32,000 bases of DNA from positions 900,001 through 932,000 of the forward strand of contig NC_009664.2 of assembly GCF_000017305.1 (NCBI RefSeq). Reading direction: 5' to 3'. This document shows, in pieces, positions 13,906-24,067 of the stretch. The stretch's first letter is position 1. The number at the start of each line of letters is the position of its first letter. A program made the position numbers and the translations under genes. The notes under the pieces are model-generated. The model saw only the letters and a list, made by a program, of their open reading frames with translations, did not search any database and had not been told where the DNA came from. Origin of the DNA: Kineococcus radiotolerans SRS30216 = ATCC BAA-149 (GTDB taxonomy: Bacteria; Actinomycetota; Actinomycetes; Actinomycetales; Kineococcaceae).

Positions 13906-15423
13906 TCAGCCCACGCGCTCCAGCACCAACTCGCGGATCCGGGCGGCGTCGGCCTTGCCGCGCATCTCCTTCATGACCTGGCCGATGAGCGCCCCCGCGG
14001 CCTGCGCCTTGCCGCCGCGGATCTTCTCCACGACGTCGGGGTTGGCGGCGAGGACCTTCTCGACCGCGGCGACCAGCGCGCCGTCGTCCTGCACGACGAC
14101 CAGGCCGCGCGCCTCGACGACCTCGGCCACCGACCCCTCGCCGGCGAGGACGCCCTCCAGCGCCTCGCGCGCCAGGCGGTCGGTGAGCTTGCCCGCCTCG
14201 ACCAGCGCGGCCAGCTCGGCGACGTCGGCCGGGCCCACCGCGAGGGCGGAGAGCTCGACGCCGTCGGCGTTGGCGCGGCGGGCCAGTTCACCGGACCACC
14301 ACTTGCGCGCCGCGGCGGGCGAGGCGCCGGCGGCGACGGTGGCCTCGACGAGGTCGATGGCCCCGGCGTTGACGAGGTCGCGGAACTCCAGGTCGGAGAA
14401 GCCCCACTCGGCGTGCAGCCGCTTGCGGCGCTGGGCCGGGGGTTCCGGCAGCGCCGCCCGCAGCTCCTCGACCCACGCCCGGTCCGGGACGATGGGCACG
14501 AGGTCCGGCTCGGGGAAGTACCGGTAGTCCTCGGCGTCGGACTTCTCCCGGCCCGAGGTCGTCAGGCCGGTGTCCTCGTGCCAGTGCCGGGTCTCCTGGA
14601 CGACCTTCGCGCCCGAGCGCAGGACGGCAGCGTGGCGGGAGACCTCGTAGCGGACGGCCCGTTCGACCGAGCGCAGCGAGTTGACGTTCTTCGTCTCCGA
14701 CCGCGTCCCCAGCGGGGACTGCGGCGTCGGGCGCAGCGACAGGTTCACGTCGCAGCGCAGCGAGCCCTGCTCCATCTTGACGTCGGAGACGTCGAGGGAG
14801 CGCAGCACGTCGCGCAGGGCGGCGACGTAGGCGCGGGCCACGTCGGGCGCGCGGTCCCCGGTGCCCTCCAGGGGCCGGGTGACGATCTCGATGAGCGGGA
14901 TCCCGGCGCGGTTGTAGTCGACGAGGGAGAACTCCGCGCCGTGGATGCGCCCGGTGGAGCCGCCGACGTGCAGCGACTTGCCGGTGTCCTCCTCCATGTG
15001 GGCGCGCTCGATGAGCACCCGGTAGGTGAAGGCCGGCTTCGTCCCGTCCTCGCTGGCCGGGACGTCGACGTCGAGGTACCCGTCGAAGGCGATCGGCTCG
15101 TCGTACTGCGAGGTCTGGAAGTTCTTGGGCATGTCCGGGTAGAAGTAGTTCTTCCGGGCGAACCTGCAGCGCTCGGCGATGGAGCAGTTCAGCGCCAGCC
15201 CGATCCGGATCGCCGACTCCAGCGCCTTGGCGTTGAGCACCGGCATGGCGCCCGGCAGACCCAGGGAGGTCGGGTCGACCTGGGTGTTCGGCTCGGCGCC
15301 GAACTCCGTGGGCGACCCGGAGAACATCTTCGTCGCGGTGTTCAGCTCGACGTGCACCTCGAGCCCGAGGACGGGGTCGAACTCCGCGACCGCCTCGTCG
15401 TAGTCGACCAGTTCGACGCTCAC
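13906..15423 (-). CDS. gatB: Asp-tRNA(Asn)/Glu-tRNA(Gln) amidotransferase subunit B
   Basis: The GTG at 15423 overlaps the gatA stop (GTGA). 505 aa: [33 protein letters not shown]..., [44 protein letters not shown], and a YqeY-like C-terminus. Confidence 0.97.
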
Positions 15424-16970
15424 GCCGATGCCCCCTGCCACGTCGGAACCTGCGCGAGCAGCGGCCCGCCCCACTTGTCGTTCAACCGCGCCTCCAGCGC
15501 GGCCCCGACCCGGTACAGGCGGTCGTCGGCCTGCTGCGGGGCCAGGACCTGCAACCCGACCGGCAGCCCCTCGGAGAGCCCGCACGGCAGCGACATCCCC
15601 GGGATCCCGGCGAGGTTGGCCGGGATCGTCGCGACGTCGCCGGCGTACATCGCCAGCGGGTCGTCGAGCTTCTCGCCCAGGCGGTAGGCCACCGTCGGGG
15701 CGGTCGGGGAAACGAGCACGTCGACGGACCCGAAGGCCGCGTCGAAGTCGCGCTGCACGAGGGTGCGGACCTTCTGCGCGCTGCCGTAGTAAGCGTCGTA
15801 GTAGCCCGCCGACAGCGCGTAGGTGCCGAGGATGATCCGGCGCTTGGCCTCGTCGCCGAAACCGGCGGCGCGGGTGGCGCGCATGACGGCCTCGGCGGTG
15901 ACGTGCTCCCCCTCGGGGACGACGCGCAGGCCGTAGCGCATGCCGTCGAACTTGGCGAGGTTGCTGGACGCCTCGCTGGGCAGGATCAGGTAGTACGCGG
16001 CGAGCGCGTGGACGATGTTCGGCAGGCTGAGCTCGACGACCTCCGCGCCCGCGGCGCGCAGCTCGGTCAGGGACTCCTCGAAGCGGGCGAGGACGCCCGG
16101 TTCGTAGCCCTCCCCGGACAGCTCCCTCACGACCCCGACCCTCACCCCGGCGAGGTCGCCGGTGGCGCCCAGGCGCGCGGCCCCGACGACGTCGGGGACG
16201 GCGGCGGGGATCGACGTCGAGTCGTAGGGGTCGTGCCCGGCGATGACGGCGTGCAGCAGCGCGGTGTCGAGCACCGTCCGCGCGCACGGGCCGGCCTGGT
16301 CCAGCGAGCTGGCCAGCGCGATGAGGCCGTAGCGGGAGACCGCGCCGTAGGTGGGCTTGACGCCGACGGTGCCGGTGACGGCCGCGGGCTGGCGGATGGA
16401 GCCGCCGGTGTCCGAGCCGATGGTCAGCGGCGCCTCGAACGCCGCGAGCGCCGCCGCGGACCCGCCGCCGGACCCGCCGGGGATCCGGGTGGGGTCCCAC
16501 GGGTTGCGGGTCACGCCGTAGGCGGAGTGCTCGGTGGTGGAGCCCATGGCGAACTCGTCCATGTTGGTCTTGCCGAGGACGACGAGCCCGGCGGCGTGCA
16601 GCTCGCGCACGACGGTGGCGTCGTACGGCGGGACCCAGCCCTGCAGCATCCGCGACCCGGCGGTGGTGGGCAGGCCCTTGGTGGTCAGGACGTCCTTGAC
16701 CCCGATCGGCACCCCGGCCAGCGGGCCGAGCTCGGCGCCGGCGGCGCGGTCGGCGTCGATCTGCCGGGCGCGGGCCAGGGCGCCCTCGTGGTCGACGTGC
16801 AGGAAGGCGTGCACGCCGGTCTCGCCGGCCCCCGAGGTGGGCCCGTCGACGGCGTCGATGCGGTCCAGGTGGGCGCGGGTGACCTCCTCGGCGGAGACCT
16901 CCCCCGCGCGCAGCGCCTCGGAGAGCCGGGCGGCGTCCCAGCGGACGAGTTCGCTCGCGGAGCCGCTCAC
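15420..16970 (-). CDS. gatA: Asp-tRNA(Asn)/Glu-tRNA(Gln) amidotransferase subunit A
   Basis: 516 aa with the amidase signature [13 protein letters not shown]...[12 protein letters not shown] and the motif [12 protein letters not shown]. The GTG start overlaps the gatC stop (GTGA). Confidence 0.97.
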
Positions 16971-17266
16971 GCCTCCTCCCCCAGGATCTGCGGGACGCGG
17001 AAGCGGCCGTCCTCGCTGGCCGGGGCACCGGCGAGGGCCTCCTCGGCGGTCAGGCCGGGACGCACGACGTCGGGGCGGGTGACGTTGGTCAGGGGCACGG
17101 GGTGCGAGGTCGCGGGCACGTCGTCGGTGACGACGGAGGCCACCTGGGCCACGGCATCGAGGACCGCGTCGAGCTGACCCGCCATGCGGTCCAGCTCCTC
17201 GTCGGTCATGTCGATGCGCGCCAGGCGCGCGAGGTGCTCGACCTCGGATCGGGAGATGGCGGACAC
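16967..17266 (-). CDS. gatC: Asp-tRNA(Asn)/Glu-tRNA(Gln) amidotransferase subunit C
   Basis: 99 aa: [39 protein letters not shown] start. Confidence 0.93.
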
Positions 17267-17273
17267 GACCGGG

Positions 17274-17279
17274 AGTCTA
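17274..17279 (-). promoter_or_regulatory. -10 hexamer TAGACT (minus strand) 7 nt upstream of the gatC GTG; leaderless-type promoter
   Basis: The minus strand reads TAGACT-cccggtc-GTG. There is no Shine-Dalgarno. Confidence 0.45.
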
Positions 17280-17367
17280 TTCGTGCGGGCGGGGGCGGGG
17301 TCCGGCCACGGGCCGCGGGAGCGCGGCGGCGGGGGTCGCGTGGCCGGTGGCGGGGGGGTGGGCCGGG

Positions 17368-17396
17368 TTGAGCCGTGCCCCCGCCGGACCTAGCGT
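17368..17396 (+). promoter_or_regulatory. Sigma-70/HrdB-like promoter TTGAGC-17 nt-TAGCGT, 7 nt upstream of GTG 17404 (leaderless)
   Basis: The -35 is at 17368-17373, the spacer is exactly 17 nt, and the -10 is at 17391-17396. This is the best full promoter match in the window. Confidence 0.5.
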
Positions 17397-17403
17397 CGGG
17401 GCC

Positions 17404-18255
17404 GTGACCACCACCGAGCTCGGGGACCGGCGCGCCCGGCGCACTGCGCGCCCGCTGCACCTCCTGGTGTGCCGACCGGAGCACTTCACCGTCAGCTACG
17501 AGATCAACCCCTGGATGGACCGGGCGCAGCCCGTCGACGCCGCGCTGGCGCTGGCCCAGTGGGAGACCCTGGTGGCGACGCTGCGGCGCCTGGGGCACAC
17601 CGTCGACGTCGTCCCGGCCACCCCCGGGCTGCCGGACATGGTCTACGCCGCCAACGGCGCGCTCATCACCCCGGGCGGGACGGTCGGGGTGCGCTTCGCC
17701 CACCCCGAGCGCGCCGGGGAGGCCGAGGCCTTCGCGACGTGGCTGGAGGCGAACGGGTACGGGCCGGTGCACCGGCCGGTGGAGACCAACGAGGGCGAGG
17801 GCGACCTGCTGCCCGTGGGCGGGCACCTGCTGGCCGGGCACGGCTTCCGGACCACCCGCGCCGCCCACGACGAGCTGTCCCGCGTCCTGGGTCGCCCGGT
17901 CACCTCGCTGCGGCTGGTCGACCCGCGGTTCTACCACCTGGACACCGCCCTGACCGTGCTCGACGACGACCCCGCGCACCCCGACGTCGCGTACTTCCCC
18001 GGCGCCTTCGACGCCGCGTCGCGGGCGGTGCTGGCGGAGCTGTTCCCCGACGCGCTGACCACCGACGAGGGGACGGCCGCGGTGCTGGGCATGAACGCCG
18101 TCAGCGACGGGCACCGCGTGGTGCTCTCCCCCCGGGCCGTCCGCTACGCGGAGCAGCTGCGCGGGCGCGGGTACGAACCGGTGCCGGTGGACCTCTCGGA
18201 GCTGCTCAAGGGCGGGGGCGGGCCGAAGTGCTGCGTCCTCGTGGTGCGCGCCTGA
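17404..18255 (+). CDS. Amidinotransferase / dimethylarginine dimethylaminohydrolase (DDAH)-like guanidino-group-modifying enzyme
   Basis: Motifs are LLVCRPEHFTVSYEINPWMD, MVYAANGAL, GEGDLL, FYHLDTAL and the C-terminal SELLKGGGGPKCCVL (catalytic Cys region). GTG 17404 is chosen over the track start 17347 because of the promoter geometry. Confidence 0.88.
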   Translation: MTTTELGDRRARRTARPLHLLVCRPEHFTVSYEINPWMDRAQPVDAALALAQWETLVATLRRLGHTVDVVPATPGLPDMVYAANGALITPGGTVGVRFAHPERAGEAEAFATWLEANGYGPVHRPVETNEGEGDLLPVGGHLLAGHGFRTTRAAHDELSRVLGRPVTSLRLVDPRFYHLDTALTVLDDDPAHPDVAYFPGAFDAASRAVLAELFPDALTTDEGTAAVLGMNAVSDGHRVVLSPRAVRYAEQLRGRGYEPVPVDLSELLKGGGGPKCCVLVVRA

Positions 18256-18286
18256 CCCGCCTCAGCCGGTGACCCGCCTCAGCCGA
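18253..18286. repeat. 17-bp tandem direct duplication (tgacccgcctcagccgg / tgacccgcctcagccga, 16 of 17 identical) beginning at the amidinotransferase stop codon
   Basis: Read directly. Copy 1 is 18253-18269 and copy 2 is 18270-18286. Confidence 0.9.
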
Positions 18287-18422
18287 GGGCGTTGAGCAGC
18301 GCGCGCAGCAGCCGGACCGGGGCCGTGACCACCCACCAGAGGAGGGCGGCCGGGTCGAGGACCTCGAACGCGCCCTCGACCCCCCGGCGCAGCCGCCGGC
18401 GCCGGCGGTGAGCTCGTGCCAC
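18279..18422 (-). CDS. Possible 47-aa small protein (basic N-terminus plus one hydrophobic helix) downstream of ligA
   Basis: Below the track size cut-off. GTG start preceded by GGAGCGGAGGGGGACGAC (strong Shine-Dalgarno, about 6-nt spacing). Translation is VARAHRRRRRLRRGVEGAFEVLDPAALLWWVVTAPVRLLRALLNALG. 44 of 47 codons end in G/C. The stop codon lies inside copy 2 of the 17-bp repeat. Confidence 0.3.
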   Translation of the reverse strand: MARAHRRRRRLRRGVEGAFEVLDPAALLWWVVTAPVRLLRALLNALG

Positions 18423-18474
18423 GTCGTCCCCCTCCGCTCCTGCTCGTCGTCCCCTCCGGCGCGGCGGCCGGCGC

Positions 18475-20670
<2,196 letters not shown>

Positions 20671-20671
20671 C

Positions 20672-20677
20672 TACGTT
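20672..20677 (+). promoter_or_regulatory. -10 hexamer TACGTT 7 nt upstream of ATG 20685; leaderless-type promoter
   Basis: Reads TACGTT-cgcccgc-ATG. There is no Shine-Dalgarno. Confidence 0.4.
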
Positions 20678-20684
20678 CGCCCGC

Positions 20685-21932
20685 ATGACCGTCCCCCCGC
20701 GCACCCCCGCGCGCAGCCCCCTGCGCACCCGCCGCACCCTCGCCGTCGCCGCCGCGCTCGCCGCCGCGGCCCTCGGCGGGGCCGTCGCGGCCTCCACCGC
20801 CACCGCCCGCGACGGCGCCCGCCCGCACGACGCACCCGCCCAGAGCGCGAAGCTCCTCGCCCGCCAGGTCCTGCCCGCGGCCACGTTCGGCGAGCCGGTG
20901 CCCAGCGGCGCCGGCATCGAGACCGCGAACGGGGTCGCCGTCCCCTTCGCCGCCCAGCCCGTCCAGGGCTTCTCCGGCAACCTGGTGCAGCCCGACGGCA
21001 GCTACCTCGTCCTCTCCGACAACGGCTACGGGACGAAGGCGAACAGCGGCGACTTCCTCCTCGCCGTCCACCGCCTCGTCGACGCGGGCGACGGTTCCCT
21101 CGAGGTCGCCCCCGGCGGGTTCACCCTCTCCGACCCCCACCACCACGTCGCGTGGGACCTGACCCGCGAGGACCGGCGCCTCACCGGTTCCGACTTCGAC
21201 CCCGAGAGCTTCCGCCGGGCGCCCGACGGCACGTTCTGGTTCGGCGAGGAGTTCGGTCCCTACCTGCTGCACACCGACGCCGCCGGCCGGCTCCTCGAGG
21301 CCCCCGTCCCGCTGCCGGGCGTGCAGTCCCCGGACAACCCGGAACGGGGCGCGGCGGCGCCGAACCTGGGCAGCTCCAAGGGTTTCGAGGGCATGGCGCA
21401 GTCCGCGGACGGCCGCTACCTGTTCCCGCTGCTGGAGGGCCCCGTCACCGGCGACGACCCCCAGGACCTGCGGGTCATGCGCTACGACACCGTCCAGCAC
21501 CGCTACCGCGGCGAGGCGTTCACCTACCGCCTGGAGTCGCCGAAGAACGCCATCGGGGACCTCACCCGGGTCGACGACCACCGGTTCCTCGTCCTGGAGC
21601 GCGACAACGGGCAGGGCGCGACCGCCGTGTTCAAGGCCGTGTTCCTCGTCGACACCCGCGTCACCGACGCCACCGGGCACCCCCGCAAGACGCAGCTGGT
21701 GAACCTCATGGCCGTTCCCGACCCGGACGGGGTCGCCGGGGAGCTCAGCGCGGCGTCGGGGTTCCTGACCTTCCCCTTCACCACGATCGAGAGCGTCGAC
21801 GTCACCGGCGAGCACACGATCGTCGTCGGCAACGACAACAACTTCCCGTTCTCCGCCGGGCGCACCCCCGACACCCCCGACGCGAACGAGTTCCTCACGA
21901 TCGAGGTGCAGGCGAACCTCTCCGCGCACTGA
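20685..21932 (+). CDS. Secreted phytase-like / esterase-like beta-propeller protein (Tat-type signal)
   Basis: 415 aa. The twin-arginine leader is RTRRTLAVAAALAAAALGGAVAA. Motifs are LVLSDNGYGTK, DPESFRRAPDGTFWFGEEFGP, SKGFEGMA, FLVLERDNGQG and VVGNDNNFPFS, typical of the 'esterase-like activity of phytase' family. Confidence 0.82.
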   Translation: MTVPPRTPARSPLRTRRTLAVAAALAAAALGGAVAASTATARDGARPHDAPAQSAKLLARQVLPAATFGEPVPSGAGIETANGVAVPFAAQPVQGFSGNLVQPDGSYLVLSDNGYGTKANSGDFLLAVHRLVDAGDGSLEVAPGGFTLSDPHHHVAWDLTREDRRLTGSDFDPESFRRAPDGTFWFGEEFGPYLLHTDAAGRLLEAPVPLPGVQSPDNPERGAAAPNLGSSKGFEGMAQSADGRYLFPLLEGPVTGDDPQDLRVMRYDTVQHRYRGEAFTYRLESPKNAIGDLTRVDDHRFLVLERDNGQGATAVFKAVFLVDTRVTDATGHPRKTQLVNLMAVPDPDGVAGELSAASGFLTFPFTTIESVDVTGEHTIVVGNDNNFPFSAGRTPDTPDANEFLTIEVQANLSAH

Positions 21933-22353
21933 CGCGGACCCCGCTCCGGCGCAGGGCGGCCGCGACGACCCCGTCACCCTCGACGAGGGTCCCGTCGTGG
22001 CCGCCGGAGTAGATCGACCCGGACCCGCACGAGGGGCTGCGGGCCTGCAGGACCGCCTCGGTCACCCCGGCCGCGGCGGCCCGGCGGGCGACCTCGAGGG
22101 CACCGGCCACGAACTCCGCCGTCAGGTCGGTGCCGTCGGCGGTCAGCACCCTCGCCCGCCCGGCCAGCACGTCGTGGCCGTCGCCGCCGACGACCTCCGC
22201 GGCCGGTCGCGGGGTCGGCAACCCGCCGACGACCTCCGCGCACAACGGCAGCGAACGACCGGCGGCGACGTCGGCCACCACCTCCGCGTCGGGCCGGGCG
22301 GCGCCGTCGTAGCGGCAGGGGACCCCGGCCAAGCAGGAACTCACCAGCTTCAC
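21895..22353 (-). CDS. DUF523 family protein (TudS-like thiouracil desulfidase fold, 4Fe-4S Cys ligands)
   Basis: The GTG at 22353 overlaps the GNAT stop (GTGA). 152 aa: VKLVSSCLAGVPCRYDG, LPLCAEVVGGLPTPRP, ARSPSCGSG. Its 3' end overlaps the phytase-like 3' end by 38 nt. Confidence 0.8.
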   Translation of the reverse strand: MKLVSSCLAGVPCRYDGAARPDAEVVADVAAGRSLPLCAEVVGGLPTPRPAAEVVGGDGHDVLAGRARVLTADGTDLTAEFVAGALEVARRAAAAGVTEAVLQARSPSCGSGSIYSGGHDGTLVEGDGVVAAALRRSGVRVSARRGSPAPRS

Positions 22354-22886
22354 GACGCGGCCCCCGTGGGACGGCGCAGGACCACGAACTCCAGGTCGTC
22401 GCGCCGGGGACGGCCGAACCGCTCGTCGCCGTGGGGGAAGGGCCGCCGCTCCCCCGTCGTGGCGAAGCCCAGCCGCTCGTACCAGGCGATGAGGTCGCGG
22501 CGCTGGGCGATGACCGTCATCTCCATCGCCGGCGCGCCCCAGCGCCGCACGGCCTCCGCGTCGGCGTGGGTGAGCAGCCGCCGCCCGATGCCCCCGCCCT
22601 GCGACGCGGGGTCGACCGCGAACATCCCGAAGTACGCCAGCTCCCCCGCCCGCCGCAGCTCGCAGCACCCGAGGGTCCGCCCGTCCCGCTCGGCCAGCAG
22701 CACCGTGGCGTCGGGGTCGGCGAGGACCGCGGCGACCGCGTCCTCGTCGGTGCGCCGGCCGTCGAGCAGGCCCGCCTCCGTCGTCCACCCGGCCCGGCTG
22801 GACTCCCCGCGGTAGGCCGACTCCACGAGCGCCACCACGCCCGCCACGTCGGCGGGGCCCGCCTCCCGGAACGTCAGGTCAGTCAC
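22350..22886 (-). CDS. GNAT family N-acetyltransferase
   Basis: 178 aa. The acetyl-CoA motif A region is FAVDPASQGGGIGRRLL, followed by ...WYERLGF. The GTG start overlaps the upstream gene end by 8 nt. Confidence 0.88.
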   Translation of the reverse strand: MTDLTFREAGPADVAGVVALVESAYRGESSRAGWTTEAGLLDGRRTDEDAVAAVLADPDATVLLAERDGRTLGCCELRRAGELAYFGMFAVDPASQGGGIGRRLLTHADAEAVRRWGAPAMEMTVIAQRRDLIAWYERLGFATTGERRPFPHGDERFGRPRRDDLEFVVLRRPTGAAS

Positions 22887-23904
22887 CGGAAGCCTCCGCC
22901 AGCGCCGCGGCGGCCTCGCGCAACCGGGTCAGCAGACCGCGCACGGCGCCGGGGTCGGTGCCGGCCAGCCCCTCGGCCGGGGTCAGGACGACGTCGGCGA
23001 GGGCCGTCGCGGGCAGCCCGACCCGGCGCCAGGGGACGCGCACCGCGTCCACGAGGGCCCCCACCGCGGGGACGGTGCCCGCCGCGGGCAGCACCCCCGC
23101 CCACAGCCGCAGCCCGCCCTCGACGGTCGCCGCGACGGACTCCCAGGCGGTGGAGCCGAGCGCGCGGACGTCCAGCGCGACCCCGGCCGCCCCGGCCTCC
23201 CGGGCCAGCGCCAGCGGCGCGTCCTCGGAGCGCAGGCGCAGGACCGGTTCGGCGCCCGCGGCCCGGACGGCGTCGAGGACCGCGCGCAGGCCGTCGCGCA
23301 CCTCGGGGCGGTGGACCGCGCGCAGCGTCCCGTACCCCGACTGCGTGGGGACCCGGCCGGTGAGGACGTCGTTCAGCGACGGTTCCTCGACGTGGACGAC
23401 GACCCGGGCTCCCGGCACGAGCCGCCGCACGTCGCCCACGTGGTCCGCGAGCCCCTGGGCCAGGGAGGCCACGACGTCGCGGCGGGCACCGTGGTCGGAG
23501 ACGCTGCGCTCCCCGCGGGAGAGCTCGACGGCGGCCAGCAGCGACCAGGGGCCGACCACGGGCAGCGCCAGCGGGCCGTCCCAGCCGTCGGCGGCCTCGG
23601 CGAGCTCGTCGAGGTCGGCGCGCAGGAAGGACCCCGCGCGGGCGGCGTCGCGGCCCGGGGCGTCGACGAAGCGCCAGCCGCCCGGCTGCAGGTCGACGGG
23701 CAAGTCGACCAGCAGCGCGGCGGTGCGCCCCAGCGGGTCCGCGCCCGGCCCCCGCGCGGGCAGCGTCGGCAGGTGCGGGACGTGCGGGGGTTCGCCGAGC
23801 TCGCCGAAGACGGTGCGGGCGGCTTCGCGCGGGTCCTCCCCGGGCAGGGCTCCGACGGCGGCGGCCGTCCCGGGGAGGCGGGGTCCTGGGTCGTGGTCTG
23901 GCAC
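22879..23904 (-). CDS. Rv3015c-like conserved actinobacterial protein (cobalamin-independent methionine synthase / UROD-like fold, often annotated 'methionine synthase')
   Basis: 341 aa from the GTG at 23904 (the track ORF is over-extended to 24240). The N-terminal pattern is VGALPGEDPREAARTVFGELGE..VPHLPTLPARGPGAD. It lies close to ligA, as in M. tuberculosis. The sequence contains no cysteine at all. Confidence 0.75.
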   Translation of the reverse strand: MPDHDPGPRLPGTAAAVGALPGEDPREAARTVFGELGEPPHVPHLPTLPARGPGADPLGRTAALLVDLPVDLQPGGWRFVDAPGRDAARAGSFLRADLDELAEAADGWDGPLALPVVGPWSLLAAVELSRGERSVSDHGARRDVVASLAQGLADHVGDVRRLVPGARVVVHVEEPSLNDVLTGRVPTQSGYGTLRAVHRPEVRDGLRAVLDAVRAAGAEPVLRLRSEDAPLALAREAGAAGVALDVRALGSTAWESVAATVEGGLRLWAGVLPAAGTVPAVGALVDAVRVPWRRVGLPATALADVVLTPAEGLAGTDPGAVRGLLTRLREAAAALAEASGD

Positions 23905-23910
23905 GCGGTG

Positions 23911-23916
23911 ACCGTA
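23911..23916 (-). promoter_or_regulatory. -10 hexamer TACGGT (minus strand) 6 nt upstream of GTG 23904; leaderless-type promoter
   Basis: The minus strand reads TACGGT-caccgc-GTG. Confidence 0.4.
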
Positions 23917-23922
23917 CAGCGA

Positions 23923-23939
23923 GACCCCCCGCGGGGGTC
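23923..23939. promoter_or_regulatory. Inverted repeat GACCCCC-cgc-GGGGGTC in a divergent intergenic region, just upstream of the -10
   Basis: 7-bp arms read directly. It overlaps the spacer/-35 zone of the minus-strand promoter. It could be an operator or only a GC-rich chance palindrome. Confidence 0.2.
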
Positions 23940-24067
23940 CGACGAAGGTGGGACCCCGCCTCCACCCGTGGTCCCTGGCCAGGGGCGCCCCGGGTGCGGG
24001 TGGATGGGTCTCCCACAGCCGTTCCCCGGGTCCCGCACAGGGAGCCGCCGATCCGGAAGGCCACCGC

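Noticed and set aside
12065-15687. 820-aa (12065..14527) and 620-aa (13825..15687) plus-strand ORFs, plus the N-terminal 535 codons of 13906..17028 (minus)
   Set aside because: They overlap ICMT, the secreted protein, gatB and gatA, which all carry family motifs in other frames. The composition is low-complexity. The gatB portion begins only at the GTG at 15423.
17206-18114. 302-aa minus-strand ORF antisense to the amidinotransferase gene, and 17469..18272 (plus) in an alternative frame
   Set aside because: The amidinotransferase frame carries clear family motifs. The alternatives are Arg/Gly/Pro/Val-rich with no motifs.
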